A stretch of DNA of 64,000 bases, taken from Chloroflexota bacterium. Lineage in GTDB: Bacteria > Chloroflexota > Anaerolineae > Anaerolineales > UBA11858. The notes below the pieces were generated by a model, which had not been told where the DNA came from, did no database searches, and saw only the letters and a program-made list of their open reading frames with translations. The stretch is from the NCBI GenBank assembly GCA_018648225.1, contig JABGRQ010000073.1, positions 26,064 to 90,063 of the forward strand. The letters are read 5' to 3'. The position numbers were made by a program, and so were the translations under genes. Positions 35,829 through 45,194 of the stretch are shown here, in pieces; within the stretch, counting starts at the first letter, position 1; every line of letters starts with the position of its first letter.

Positions 35829-35931
35829 GATAATACTCTCAAGCAAAATTACTCAACTTTGATGGGAAATTCAGGCAAAACTAATCGGGCATTAGCGTAC
35901 CACGGTTTATATGAAGCGTCAAAACTTTCAA

Positions 35932-35976
35932 AACACAGACATGGCCGCAAGCGTCGCCTGCGGCCATGTCTGTGTT
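35932..35976 (-). terminator. Terminator after the DegV gene
   Basis: 18-bp perfect stem AACACAGACATGGCCGCA / TGCGGCCATGTCTGTGTT, followed by a T-rich run on the minus strand. Confidence 0.55.
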
Positions 35977-35996
35977 GATACGCAATCCGATTCTAT

Positions 35997-36845
35997 CTAG
36001 TTGATCAAATAAGCCAATCCTACTGTACCCGGACCAGCATGGGTTCCGACCACCGGGCTAACTTCCGAAAATATAGTTTCATCCACATTGCCCAATTGTG
36101 CCTGAGCAGCTTCTAACAAGGCTTTGGCATCTTCATGCGCTGAGGCGTGCAACGTCGCCAATTTAATTGTTTTCCCGCCCTGGGTGCGTTCTGCCAAAAT
36201 TTCGATCAGGCGGTTATGCGCCTTGGTTTTGGTGCGTACGCGCTCGATAGCTTCCACGCGGCCATCGCGCACTTCCAGAATTGGCTTCAGTTGCAAAGCC
36301 GTCCCTAAAAAGCGCGAGGCCCCACCAATGCGTCCACCGCGGTGCAGAAATTCCAGCGTGTCCACGGCAAAAACCACCCCTGTGCGCTGTTTGAGGTCTT
36401 CAGCCAGAGCTTTACACTCAGCCAGCGAAGCGCCCTTCTCAGCAGCGCGCGCCACTTCAAGGACAACAAATCCCAACATCATGGCAACGCCCTGCGAGTT
36501 GATAATTTCAATATTCGCATCGGGAAAAAATTCCAGAGCCTGCGTCGCGGAACTAATCGTGCCTGAAAGCTTATCCGATACTAAAATCGCCAAAATATCT
36601 TTGCCCTGCCCCAGCAATTTTTCATAAAGTTCTTTGAAATCTTTTACCGCAACCTGAGAAGTCGTCGGCATAACATCAGCGGTACTCAGGCGGTTGTAGA
36701 ATTCAGCAGGTTGAATATCTACCCCATCGCGCAGGGTTTCTTCGCCCCAAATCAGAACCTGGGGCGCAACTGAGATGCCATATTTTTCTACCATCTCGTC
36801 GGGTAAATAGGCCGTACTATCGGTAATGATGGCTACGTTTGACAT
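35997..36845 (-). CDS. DegV-family fatty-acid-binding protein
   Basis: DegV hallmarks (IITDSTAYLP, TSQ, LSGT, TLEFLHRGGRIG). Confidence 0.9.
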   Translation of the reverse strand: MSNVAIITDSTAYLPDEMVEKYGISVAPQVLIWGEETLRDGVDIQPAEFYNRLSTADVMPTTSQVAVKDFKELYEKLLGQGKDILAILVSDKLSGTISSATQALEFFPDANIEIINSQGVAMMLGFVVLEVARAAEKGASLAECKALAEDLKQRTGVVFAVDTLEFLHRGGRIGGASRFLGTALQLKPILEVRDGRVEAIERVRTKTKAHNRLIEILAERTQGGKTIKLATLHASAHEDAKALLEAAQAQLGNVDETIFSEVSPVVGTHAGPGTVGLAYLIN

Positions 36846-36948
36846 ACCACCTCACTTTCAAAGACTCAGAAAATAATATATCCAATACGCATTTCAGATA
36901 CTCGAAGATATTTCAGTGATGCGTATTGGAGAAGACGCTCAACATTCT

Positions 36949-37797
36949 TCAATCTTCGTATGTATACGCCAAACCTACGGTGCCAGGGCCAACGTGGGTA
37001 CCAATTACCGGGCTGACTTCTGAACGAATGGCTTCAATCGCACTCATCCTTGCGCTGGCATCATCCAAGACCCGATTGGCATCTTCGCTGGAATTGGCAT
37101 GTAACGTTGCCAAACGAATATTCTTCTTCCCAGCAACCCGCTCGCTGATAACTTCAATCAGGCGCTCATGCGCTTTACGCTTGGTACGAACTTTGTCTAC
37201 GGGTTCAATCACACCATTTGTAACTTCCAGCAACGGTTTAAGCTTGAGTGCCGTGCCTAAAAAGCGCGAAGCTCCACCAATCCGTCCACCGCGATGGAGA
37301 AATTCAAGCGTGTCCACTGCAAAAATAACGCCAGATCGGCTACGGACATCTGCTGCAGCCGCTTTGCATGCCGCCAAATCGGCGCCTTCTGCTGCCGCAC
37401 GGGCCGCAGCCAAAGCCTGGAAGCCCAGCGCCATCGCCGTTGTTTCCGAATCGAAGATTTCAATCGTAGCATCGGGCACCATTTTATAAGCCTGCTCGGC
37501 GGAAGAAATCGTCCCTGATAACTTAGACGAAATCAAAACCGACAGAATTTCATATCCTGCACTGTGTAAACGCTCGTAAGCGTCTTTGAAATCCTGGATC
37601 GTAGCCTGGGATGTAGTTGGCATCACATTAGCAGTTTCGAGGCGGGTATAAAACTGCGTAGGGGTAATATCAATATCATCACGGTAAGTTTCTTCTCCCC
37701 AAATCACCGTCAGGGGGACAACCGTCATATTATATTTTTCAACCAAGTCTTTCGGAAGATAAGCGGTACTATCGGTAACAATAGCGACTTTCGACAT
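36949..37797 (-). CDS. DegV-family fatty-acid-binding protein (tandem paralogue)
   Basis: Same motifs (IVTDSTAYLP, TLEFLHRGGRIG). Same length (282 aa) as its neighbour. Confidence 0.9.
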   Translation of the reverse strand: MSKVAIVTDSTAYLPKDLVEKYNMTVVPLTVIWGEETYRDDIDITPTQFYTRLETANVMPTTSQATIQDFKDAYERLHSAGYEILSVLISSKLSGTISSAEQAYKMVPDATIEIFDSETTAMALGFQALAAARAAAEGADLAACKAAAADVRSRSGVIFAVDTLEFLHRGGRIGGASRFLGTALKLKPLLEVTNGVIEPVDKVRTKRKAHERLIEVISERVAGKKNIRLATLHANSSEDANRVLDDASARMSAIEAIRSEVSPVIGTHVGPGTVGLAYTYED

Positions 37798-37965
37798 ATT
37801 TTTTCTCTCCAGTAGATAATTACTAACTTGGGCTTTCGCTGCGTCGCAAAAGCCCTTTAATAAAAATAAGGGTAAACATACCTCAGGATATAACCCAATG
37901 ATGATCGATAAGTTGCGGGGAGATTATTTTGGCTTGGCTGGCTTCACGCGAGCGCAAACTTTCCA

Positions 37966-37992
37966 ACAAAAAAGGACGGAGAAATCCGTCCT
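37966..37992 (-). terminator. Terminator after tRNA-Arg
   Basis: AGGACGGA-GAAA-TCCGTCCT stem-loop followed by a T run on the minus strand. Confidence 0.55.
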
Positions 37993-37997
37993 TTCTG

Positions 37998-38070
37998 CGC
38001 TCTCGGCGCGACTCGAACGCGCGACCCCTTAGTCCGCAACCAAGTGCTCTATCCACTGAGCTACGAGAGC
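37998..38070 (-). tRNA. tRNA-Arg (anticodon GCG)
   Basis: Hand-folded cloverleaf: GCTCTCG acceptor, D arm GCTC-AGTGGATA-GAGC, anticodon stem CTTGG/CTAAG with loop TTGCGGA, T arm GCGCG-TTCGAGT-CGCGC. Confidence 0.85.
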
Positions 38071-38113
38071 ATGTGCGCCAGAATTCTACACCAAGATACA
38101 AAAAATGGCAACA

Positions 38114-39208
38114 CTATGGCTGTACGGATAGCACAACACCAAACGTGTTTATATCCAGCGTCCAGGCGCTGCCGGGTTGATAGCGCTGGTATTCAGCAAA
38201 ATCTTCGGGGCTATAGGTATACACACCATCATCGGTTTGGAATACAACACTATACGTTTCGCTGCGCTGATCGCCCAAACGTTGGTCATTGCTCAGGTTG
38301 GGGGATGGCCATTCAGCGTTGAGATTTGAGCCATTGGCAACAATCTTGTCGGCAAACGACCAATCCAACACCGTATAGGAACAAAAATCATCATAGACCT
38401 GGTATTCACAATCTTGCACGACTTCAGCAAAGCCACTTCCCGAATCGACGGAGTAGGGTGTGCCACAAACTTCTTTAGAGTTCTCAGCTGGTGTAGAACT
38501 TGTATAGCGATATTCTTGAACGCAAGAAATATCCTCAGCACCTGCCGGCAGTTCATCGTGCCAGGCGCTGCGCTCCACCGGGCCAAAAGCTTCAATATTG
38601 ACCGAACGCTCCCACTGTACCTGCTGAACGACCCCGCTAACGCTATTGGAGCGCATGGATAACAGCGCCACGACGGCCATACCCAAACAAATCAGTACAG
38701 CCACGACAATCAGGGCGACTGGTTTCTTTTTGCTTTTCGGTTGTCCTGCAACTGCGGATGCTCCAGCAGCTTGCTGAGGCATTCCGGGCAGAACAGCAGC
38801 TTTCAGCGGAGCGCCACACTCACCGCACTGACCAACCGTGGCAGGATTCTCAGCGCCACAAGCATCACAAGCCACCGCCTGCGCGGGGCCACTCTGATAC
38901 GCGCCAATCACGCGGCCCGTTTGACGTTTTGTACCCTCCGAAATATCCGCACCACAGTGGACGCAGGTTTCGGCGTCGCTGGTGTTGCGCGTGCCACAAT
39001 AGGCACAGTGAATATCGGGGCCTGCCTTGGCTTGCTCAATCAAGGCTTTGTCTGCGATGATTTCCTGTTGTGCAACCTGCTCAAACTGGACATCTTCGGG
39101 CTGAGGCGCGCCACACATCGTACAGGTTTTCTCCCGTCCGAGGTTGCGATTATCGCAATTCGGGCAACGCCACTGCAATTCAATATGACCTAATTCCTTA
39201 CGAGCCAT
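38114..39208 (-). CDS. Membrane protein with three cytoplasmic zinc-ribbon modules and a Cys-containing extracytoplasmic domain
   Basis: Three CxxC-N10/11-CxxC units (CPNC..CTMC, CAYC..CVHC, CDAC..CGEC), one TM helix (VALIVVAVLICLGMAVVALL), and RBS AGGAG. Confidence 0.75.
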   Translation of the reverse strand: MARKELGHIELQWRCPNCDNRNLGREKTCTMCGAPQPEDVQFEQVAQQEIIADKALIEQAKAGPDIHCAYCGTRNTSDAETCVHCGADISEGTKRQTGRVIGAYQSGPAQAVACDACGAENPATVGQCGECGAPLKAAVLPGMPQQAAGASAVAGQPKSKKKPVALIVVAVLICLGMAVVALLSMRSNSVSGVVQQVQWERSVNIEAFGPVERSAWHDELPAGAEDISCVQEYRYTSSTPAENSKEVCGTPYSVDSGSGFAEVVQDCEYQVYDDFCSYTVLDWSFADKIVANGSNLNAEWPSPNLSNDQRLGDQRSETYSVVFQTDDGVYTYSPEDFAEYQRYQPGSAWTLDINTFGVVLSVQP

Positions 39209-39396
39209 ACCTCACTCCTATTCTGCGAGCCTATCCGCCAACGCAGCCATCCCAGAACCAACATATGTGCCAATTACCGAGCAAAGCCTTTGGGCTGCCT
39301 GTGTGCTTTTCTGAGCAAAAAAATAATCTCCTGACCAGAAAAGATGCCGCTGATTATACCACCCGGCCAAGCCTCAACATGCTATACTTGGCAATT

Positions 39397-40938
39397 ATGA
39401 AACATGTTGCCCGCTCAACCATCATTGTAGGCGTTTTCTTCGCCCTCGAAAAAGCGCTTGGCTTTATACGCCAGGTCGTCATCGCCCGCACATTCGGCCT
39501 CTCTGCCGAAATTGATGCCTTCAACGCCGCCAACAATTACCCCGATCTGCTCTTTGCGCTGATCTCTGGCGGGGCATTGGCGATGGCCTTGATCCCTGTA
39601 CTCAGCCAACAACTCGAAAAAAGTGGGAAAACCGCGGCCTGGGGCCTTTTCTCGCGCATTGGCAATTTGCTCTTTCTGGCAACTGCCGGGCTGTCGCTGC
39701 TGATCGGTCTGTTCGCGCCTGCCATTGTGACCTCCTGGTGGGGCGTTGCACCGCATTTCAGCGTTGAGCAACAGAATCTGGTCATTGAGTTGATGCGCAT
39801 TAATCTATTTGCCACATTGCTCTTTTCGATGAGCGGATTGATGATTGCCGGATTGCAAGCCAATCAGCATTTTTTGCTCCCCGCGCTCGCGCCCAGTATG
39901 TATGATGTGGGCATGCTGGTTGGGGTGCTGATTCTCGCCCCCACGGAGGGCTTCACCCTGGGGGGAATCACGCTCCCGGCTCTGGGGTTGGGAGTTCATG
40001 GCCTGGTGTATGGGACTGTGCTCGGTGCGCTGCTGTTTTTCCTGGCACAAATTCCGGGGCTGATTCACTTCCAATTCCGCTGGACGCCGCGTATAGAGTT
40101 TGGCAATCCCCACGTCCAGCAAGTCATCCGCCTGATGCTGCCGCGCATCGGCACGGTTTTCTTCATCCAGGTGATTTTCCTGGCGCAAGACAATTTTGCC
40201 TCCGCTCTGCCTGCCGGAGCCGTCACCGCGCTGGTTTATGGCTGGTTATTCATGCAAGTACCTGAGTCCCTGATCGGCACAGCCATTGGCACCGCTTTAC
40301 TGCCCACACTCTCCGAACACAGCGCCCGCGGCGAAAGAGATGCATTCCGCAGCGCGCTGGAAGCCACCGTGCGCACTATTCTGGCGCTGACCATCCCCAG
40401 CGCGATATTGCTCGCCATTGGCATCCGCCCGCTGATCGCGATTCTCGGCTTTGACCCTGCCGGAAGCGAACTCGTCGTCTGGACGGTACGCGCCTATATG
40501 GCGGGCCTGGTGGGGCATTCACTGCTCGAAGTGGCGGCGCGCGCCTTTTATGCCCGTCAAAATGCCCTTACCCCTCTGCTGACATCTTCCATCACGGCAT
40601 TGGCTTTTGTTCTTACCGGGCTGATATTTTCCCGCCAAATGGGAGCGCCTGGGATCGGGCTGGCGAATACACTGGTCTTCACCCTTGAGGCGTTAGCGCT
40701 ATTGTGGCTTCAGGAAAAATCACTGGCCTATTGGCTGCGTTTGGCAAAACCGTTGCTACGCGTGGTTGTGGTATCCTTGGTCAGTGGCGGGCTGGCTTAT
40801 ATATTACAAACCCAGCTTCCACTCGACAATCTCTCCACCAGTATGCACGCCCTGAGCGGATTGGCTATAATGGGCTTCGGCGCAATACTTACCTTGCCCT
40901 TTATCTGGCCGGAGATAAAATTGCTGGGCAAGATATAA
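39397..40938 (+). CDS. murJ: Lipid II flippase MurJ (MviN family)
   Basis: MurJ-like N-terminus (ALGFIRQVVIARTFGLSAEIDAFNAANNYPDLLF) and about 14 TM segments. The ORF sequence upstream of 39379 overlaps the zinc-ribbon gene and is not counted. Confidence 0.85.
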   Translation: MKHVARSTIIVGVFFALEKALGFIRQVVIARTFGLSAEIDAFNAANNYPDLLFALISGGALAMALIPVLSQQLEKSGKTAAWGLFSRIGNLLFLATAGLSLLIGLFAPAIVTSWWGVAPHFSVEQQNLVIELMRINLFATLLFSMSGLMIAGLQANQHFLLPALAPSMYDVGMLVGVLILAPTEGFTLGGITLPALGLGVHGLVYGTVLGALLFFLAQIPGLIHFQFRWTPRIEFGNPHVQQVIRLMLPRIGTVFFIQVIFLAQDNFASALPAGAVTALVYGWLFMQVPESLIGTAIGTALLPTLSEHSARGERDAFRSALEATVRTILALTIPSAILLAIGIRPLIAILGFDPAGSELVVWTVRAYMAGLVGHSLLEVAARAFYARQNALTPLLTSSITALAFVLTGLIFSRQMGAPGIGLANTLVFTLEALALLWLQEKSLAYWLRLAKPLLRVVVVSLVSGGLAYILQTQLPLDNLSTSMHALSGLAIMGFGAILTLPFIWPEIKLLGKI

Positions 40939-41021
40939 ACAACATCACCAGACCTCCAAGATTTTAAACGCTTTAGGACTTACACAATGCGATAAAAAAT
41001 ATCGGAGGTCTTCACGCAATT

Positions 41022-41264
41022 ATGAATCAAGAACACTATAAACAATTTCTTATCGAATATACCAGGCGCGCCCTCGATGGCAGTGATGGCACGCCAGATG
41101 GGGCTGTGCGCTACCTCAATCAACTCAAAAAGCCAGGTATTTTTTCCTCGCAAGAAAAGAAAACTGCTTATGTGCGCGCCCAACGCATATTCGCTGAAAT
41201 GAACGACCGACCGCTTTGGCTGATATTGAAAGCTCTGGGACTATCCCCAGAAGATTTAGAATAA
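41022..41264 (+). CDS. Hypothetical small protein (80 aa)
   Basis: ORF only, with GGAGG 14 nt upstream. No family recognised. Confidence 0.4.
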   Translation: MNQEHYKQFLIEYTRRALDGSDGTPDGAVRYLNQLKKPGIFSSQEKKTAYVRAQRIFAEMNDRPLWLILKALGLSPEDLE

Positions 41265-41278
41265 AACCAACAGACATT

Positions 41279-41358
41279 CACCACAAAGACACAATACCCC
41301 GAAGGGTACAGGCGGCACGAAAAAATGCCATCCTTTGAGTCTTTGTGCCTTCGTGGCG
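41279..41358. repeat. Tandem-octamer hairpin element, copy E7 (CACAAAG/CACGAAG type)
   Basis: Left arm CACCACAAAGACACAATACC. The reverse complement of the right arm is CGCCACGAAGGCACAAAGACTCAAAGG. It lies just upstream of the AGGAG RBS. Confidence 0.65.
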
Positions 41359-41377
41359 AACTCTAGGAGCAAAATTT

Positions 41378-42535
41378 ATGAGCATGACTTCACGGGAACG
41401 TGTTTTAGCCTGCATAAATCATGAAGTGCCCGATCGTGTGCCAATTGTCATCGGCGAGAGCAATGCCACCGGCATCAAAATGCACACCTACAAAGGCATC
41501 AAAAAAATGATCGGCGTGAACGCCCCCGACGAGTATATTTATGGCTGGCCGGAGCTTGGCACCGCCAGGATTGATGAGGAAACCATGCAACGGCTGCACA
41601 GCGATGTGCGCGGCGTGCGCGATCTGGAGCCAGAAGCGGTGCGCCAGCGCAACCGCAACCGTCCACCCCACAGCGATTGCATCGATTCGTGGGGTAGCGG
41701 GCAGCGCGAAGTTGAAGAGGGTTACTGGTATCCCGGCGTACATCCTATCCCCGAGGCAAAAGCCATCGAAGATATTGAAAACTACACTGGCTGGCCAGAC
41801 ATGAGCGACCCATCTCGCGTCGCGCATGTCAAAGAGCAGGCGCGCAAACTGGCCGAACAAAACCAATATGCCATCCTGGCGACCCCGTGGCTGCTCTTCC
41901 CCTTTGAGCGGGCACACGCGATGCAGGGCATGGATGTTTTTCTGCTCAATATGGCAATGTATCCAGATTTTGCCAAAGCCTTGTTGACCAAAATCACGGA
42001 AGTTTGTAAAGAACTCATGGGCCCTTTCCTGGCCGAACTGGGCAACAACGTGGATATCATCAAAATCGGAGATGATCTGGGGACGCAAGAGAGCCTGCTC
42101 ATCTCTCCGAAGATGTATCGCGATCTTCTCAAGCCATTGCACGCCGATCTGATTAGTTTCATCAAGGCGCGCACCGACGCCAAAATTTTCTTCCACACGG
42201 ATGGTGATGTCCTGCCCCTGGTGGATGATTTTATCGAAATTGGAATCGATATTCTCAATCCGATTCAAACCTCAGCGGGAAAAATGTCAGATTTAGCGCA
42301 AGTGAAGCAACGGGCTGGCAAGAACCTGGTATTATGCGGCGCAATGGACACCCACAAAGTTTTGCCCTACGGCACACCCGAAGAAGTGCGCCAGGAAGTC
42401 AAACGCGTGATCGAACACCTTGGCCCCGGCAGCGGTTATATGTTGGCCTCCGTGCATACTGTGATGAACGATGTTCCCCCGGAAAATGTGCTGGCAATGG
42501 TCGATGCTGTAGAAGAGTTTGGGTATTACGAATAA
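41378..42535 (+). CDS. Uroporphyrinogen decarboxylase (URO-D) family protein, MtaA/CmuA-like
   Basis: URO-D family pattern across the length (RVP.V...., DDLGTQ, FFHTDGDV, ILNPIQ). Start at the ATG after AGGAG. Confidence 0.8.
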   Translation: MSMTSRERVLACINHEVPDRVPIVIGESNATGIKMHTYKGIKKMIGVNAPDEYIYGWPELGTARIDEETMQRLHSDVRGVRDLEPEAVRQRNRNRPPHSDCIDSWGSGQREVEEGYWYPGVHPIPEAKAIEDIENYTGWPDMSDPSRVAHVKEQARKLAEQNQYAILATPWLLFPFERAHAMQGMDVFLLNMAMYPDFAKALLTKITEVCKELMGPFLAELGNNVDIIKIGDDLGTQESLLISPKMYRDLLKPLHADLISFIKARTDAKIFFHTDGDVLPLVDDFIEIGIDILNPIQTSAGKMSDLAQVKQRAGKNLVLCGAMDTHKVLPYGTPEEVRQEVKRVIEHLGPGSGYMLASVHTVMNDVPPENVLAMVDAVEEFGYYE

Positions 42536-42550
42536 AAGCCCCCATCCCTA

Positions 42551-42573
42551 ACCCTTCCCCCAATGGGAGAAGG
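42551..42573. repeat. GC-rich mini-hairpin (type 1)
   Basis: CCCTTCCCC-CAATG-GGAGAAGGG, similar to 18263-18283. Confidence 0.6.
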
Positions 42574-42582
42574 GAACAAAGA

Positions 42583-42633
42583 ACGCAAAAAAGATGAGTC
42601 GCTGTAAAATACAGCGACTCATCTTTTTTGCGT
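42583..42633. terminator. Bidirectional terminator, 24-bp perfect hairpin between convergent genes
   Basis: ACGCAAAAAAGATGAGTCGCTGTA-AAA-TACAGCGACTCATCTTTTTTGCGT. Confidence 0.6.
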
Positions 42634-42639
42634 CAATCT

Positions 42640-42660
42640 CCCTCCCCCGGCGGGGGAGGG
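42640..42660. repeat. GC-rich mini-hairpin (type 2)
   Basis: CCCTCCCCC-GGC-GGGGGAGGG. The stem is identical to the one at 18296-18316. Confidence 0.7.
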
Positions 42661-42666
42661 GGTTTT

Positions 42667-43941
42667 CTATTCTTTCTCGTAAGGTTGCCCATCAGCGGCG
42701 GGCATCTGGCCGCGGCCAACCACCCCGGCCAGCGCCACCATTGTGGCAATATAGGGGAACATCAGCATGATTTCCGATGGAATCGGCACCCTCAAAATAG
42801 CGATTTTGGCGGCAAGCGCATCAAAGAAACCAAACAACAAGCCCGCGCCAAACGATCCGATGGGATTCCAGTTGCCGAAGATCATAGCGGCCAAACCAAT
42901 AAAACCGCGCCCGGCTGTCATCACTTCGTCGAAGCGGCCCACCGAACCCAGCGTGAAGTAAGCCCCGCCAAATCCGGCCATCATTCCGCCCAGGATGACC
43001 GAAATGTAGCGTGTGCGGAAGACATTAATCCCCAACGTGTCGGCAGCTTTAGGATGTTCGCCCACGGAGCGCGTGCGCAAACCCCAGCGCGTGTAATACA
43101 GGCCAACCGTCAGCACAATCAGGAAGATATACAGCGCATACACAAACATATTGTGCTGGAACATGATCGGCCCAATAAAGGGGATTTTTGAAAGCACAGG
43201 AACTTCAATCGTTGGGAAACGCCCCGGATCGTTGAGATGCTGGTAACGCTGCAAAAACTTGGCAGAAAGGAATGATGTAATCCCCGTAGCGAAGATGTTA
43301 ATCACCGTCCCGGCGATGATCTGATCGGTTTTGTATTTGATCGAGAGTACTGCCAGTATCCAGGCCAGCAGACCGCCCGAAAGCACCGCGGCGAAGAGGC
43401 CAATCCAGATATTGGTGACACTGCCAACAAACGCGCCAACAAAGGCACCAGTGAGCATCATACCTTCGATGGCGATGTTGACCACACCGGAGCGCTCACA
43501 CAGAACTCCGGAGAGGGCGCCAATTGTCAGGGGAACCGCCTTGACCAGGGCGCTGCGGAACAGTCCTGCCAAATTGAGCGTCCCACCCGATGTGGCCCAA
43601 CTCAGGAAACCAAAGATAAACATGGCGGCTGCCAGGCCCAGCATGAGCGTGGTGCGCTTGCCAAAACCGCGGGCAAGCTGATAGCCACCCAGTGCAATAC
43701 TCAATACAGAAAGCATATTGAGCATATTTTGGCTGTTGAATACCCAATCGGGAAGTTCCTGCGCTGAGCCTCCCGGAGTCAACCTGAAGGTAGTCAGCGC
43801 GTCCCCACCGATACCGCGGCCAAACATAATCCACAGTAAAATGCCCAGGGACAGAAAAAGGATTCCCATCACCCGACGCCGAGTCGGAGAAATATATTCA
43901 AAGTTATTCGTTGCAGTTGCCATGATTAGTTGCCTCCCCAA
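42667..43941 (-). CDS. ABC importer permease (BMP/nucleoside-type, YufQ/NupQ-like)
   Basis: Polytopic membrane protein of the branched ribose/nucleoside permease type. Operon context with a BMP-family binding protein. Confidence 0.85.
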   Translation of the reverse strand: MGRQLIMATATNNFEYISPTRRRVMGILFLSLGILLWIMFGRGIGGDALTTFRLTPGGSAQELPDWVFNSQNMLNMLSVLSIALGGYQLARGFGKRTTLMLGLAAAMFIFGFLSWATSGGTLNLAGLFRSALVKAVPLTIGALSGVLCERSGVVNIAIEGMMLTGAFVGAFVGSVTNIWIGLFAAVLSGGLLAWILAVLSIKYKTDQIIAGTVINIFATGITSFLSAKFLQRYQHLNDPGRFPTIEVPVLSKIPFIGPIMFQHNMFVYALYIFLIVLTVGLYYTRWGLRTRSVGEHPKAADTLGINVFRTRYISVILGGMMAGFGGAYFTLGSVGRFDEVMTAGRGFIGLAAMIFGNWNPIGSFGAGLLFGFFDALAAKIAILRVPIPSEIMLMFPYIATMVALAGVVGRGQMPAADGQPYEKE

Positions 43942-45173
43942 CCGCGGAGTGTAACAGCATCCAAATCCATATCGGGTTCTTTCAATCGGTACATAGTGCG
44001 GATAATCGCCGGTGCAGCAATGAAAGCCAGAATTGCGGCTTGCAAAACCGAGATAATGTCAATCGGGATGCCCGCCGTGAGTTGCATTTGAATAGCGCCA
44101 TTGCGCAGGAAGCCAAACATGATGGCTGCCAGCACCACCCCCAACGGATTGCTCTTACCGAGCAAGGCTAGCGCAATCGCGTCGAAACCATAGCCAGAGG
44201 AAAAGGCCACTGCGAGGTTGTGGTTGACGCCCAAAACCTCGTTGGCGCCTGCCAACCCTGCCAGACCACCCGACAGGAACATGGCAATGACTGTACTTTT
44301 CATGATGCTCATCCCGGCATATTTGGCAGCCCGCGGGTTTGAACCCACCGTGCGCAGCGTGAAGCCCCAGGTGGTTTTAAACAGCAGCCAGTACACCAAA
44401 AAAGCAAAAAACAAGGCAACGAAAAAGCCAATGTGGAAACGAATGGGATTCTCAAAAAAGCGGAAAAGTTTGGCTGAATCCTGAATATCGGCGCTGACGG
44501 GGGTGTAGCCATCGGGGTCTTTCAACGGGCCGCGCAGCAAAAATTCGCTCAAACGGAAGGCAATATAGTTCATCATAATCGTGTTGATGACCTCGTGCCC
44601 ACCGGTCTGCGCTTTGAGCCAGCCGGGGATAAACCCCCACAAGCCGCCGCCGATAAAACCCGCCAGCAGCGAAATCGGCACGTGGATGATGGCAGGTAAT
44701 CCTTTGAGAAAGATCGCCGCGATCACGGTGGTTGTCGCACCAATGAAAAGCTGGCCTTCCGCACCGATGTTGAACAAACCTACCCGGAAACCCAGCGCAA
44801 CGGCTAACCCGGCGAAAATATAAGGCGTGGAAGCCACCAGACTCTCAAAAAACGGATTGATCGCCCGGCGAATTTCTTCGGCATCGCCGCCCTGAAAGGC
44901 TGCCACGATCTTGGCTGGGTTGCCTACCGAGCCAGTAAATAAAGCCTGATAAGTTTTCCAGGCAGCATTGGCGCCAATTTTGATCGCTTCCCAGGGCGAG
45001 GCAGAGAACGCAGCATACGCTTCTTCGGTGGTAATGGCAACCAGCAACCCGCCCAGCAGCAATCCAGTGAGAATTGCCAAAACAGTGACGGTTAGGGGGC
45101 TTTTGGACAACTCTTCCAGAAAGATTTTGCCGCCATCTTTCTTGTTGGGTTGTTCGCTTTCTTTATTGGTCAT
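43926..45173 (-). CDS. ABC importer permease (YufP/NupP-like)
   Basis: Polytopic permease with a 16-nt overlap onto the downstream permease. Confidence 0.85.
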   Translation of the reverse strand: MTNKESEQPNKKDGGKIFLEELSKSPLTVTVLAILTGLLLGGLLVAITTEEAYAAFSASPWEAIKIGANAAWKTYQALFTGSVGNPAKIVAAFQGGDAEEIRRAINPFFESLVASTPYIFAGLAVALGFRVGLFNIGAEGQLFIGATTTVIAAIFLKGLPAIIHVPISLLAGFIGGGLWGFIPGWLKAQTGGHEVINTIMMNYIAFRLSEFLLRGPLKDPDGYTPVSADIQDSAKLFRFFENPIRFHIGFFVALFFAFLVYWLLFKTTWGFTLRTVGSNPRAAKYAGMSIMKSTVIAMFLSGGLAGLAGANEVLGVNHNLAVAFSSGYGFDAIALALLGKSNPLGVVLAAIMFGFLRNGAIQMQLTAGIPIDIISVLQAAILAFIAAPAIIRTMYRLKEPDMDLDAVTLRGWGGN

Positions 45174-45194
45174 AGATTATTCCTCAAAGTACTT

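Noticed and set aside
39070-39396. N-terminal extension of about 100 aa on the murJ ORF in the track.
   Set aside because: The extension overlaps the 5' end and promoter region of the divergent zinc-ribbon gene. It is not MurJ-like, whereas MKHVARSTIIVGVFFALEKALGF at 39397 matches the usual MurJ N-terminus.
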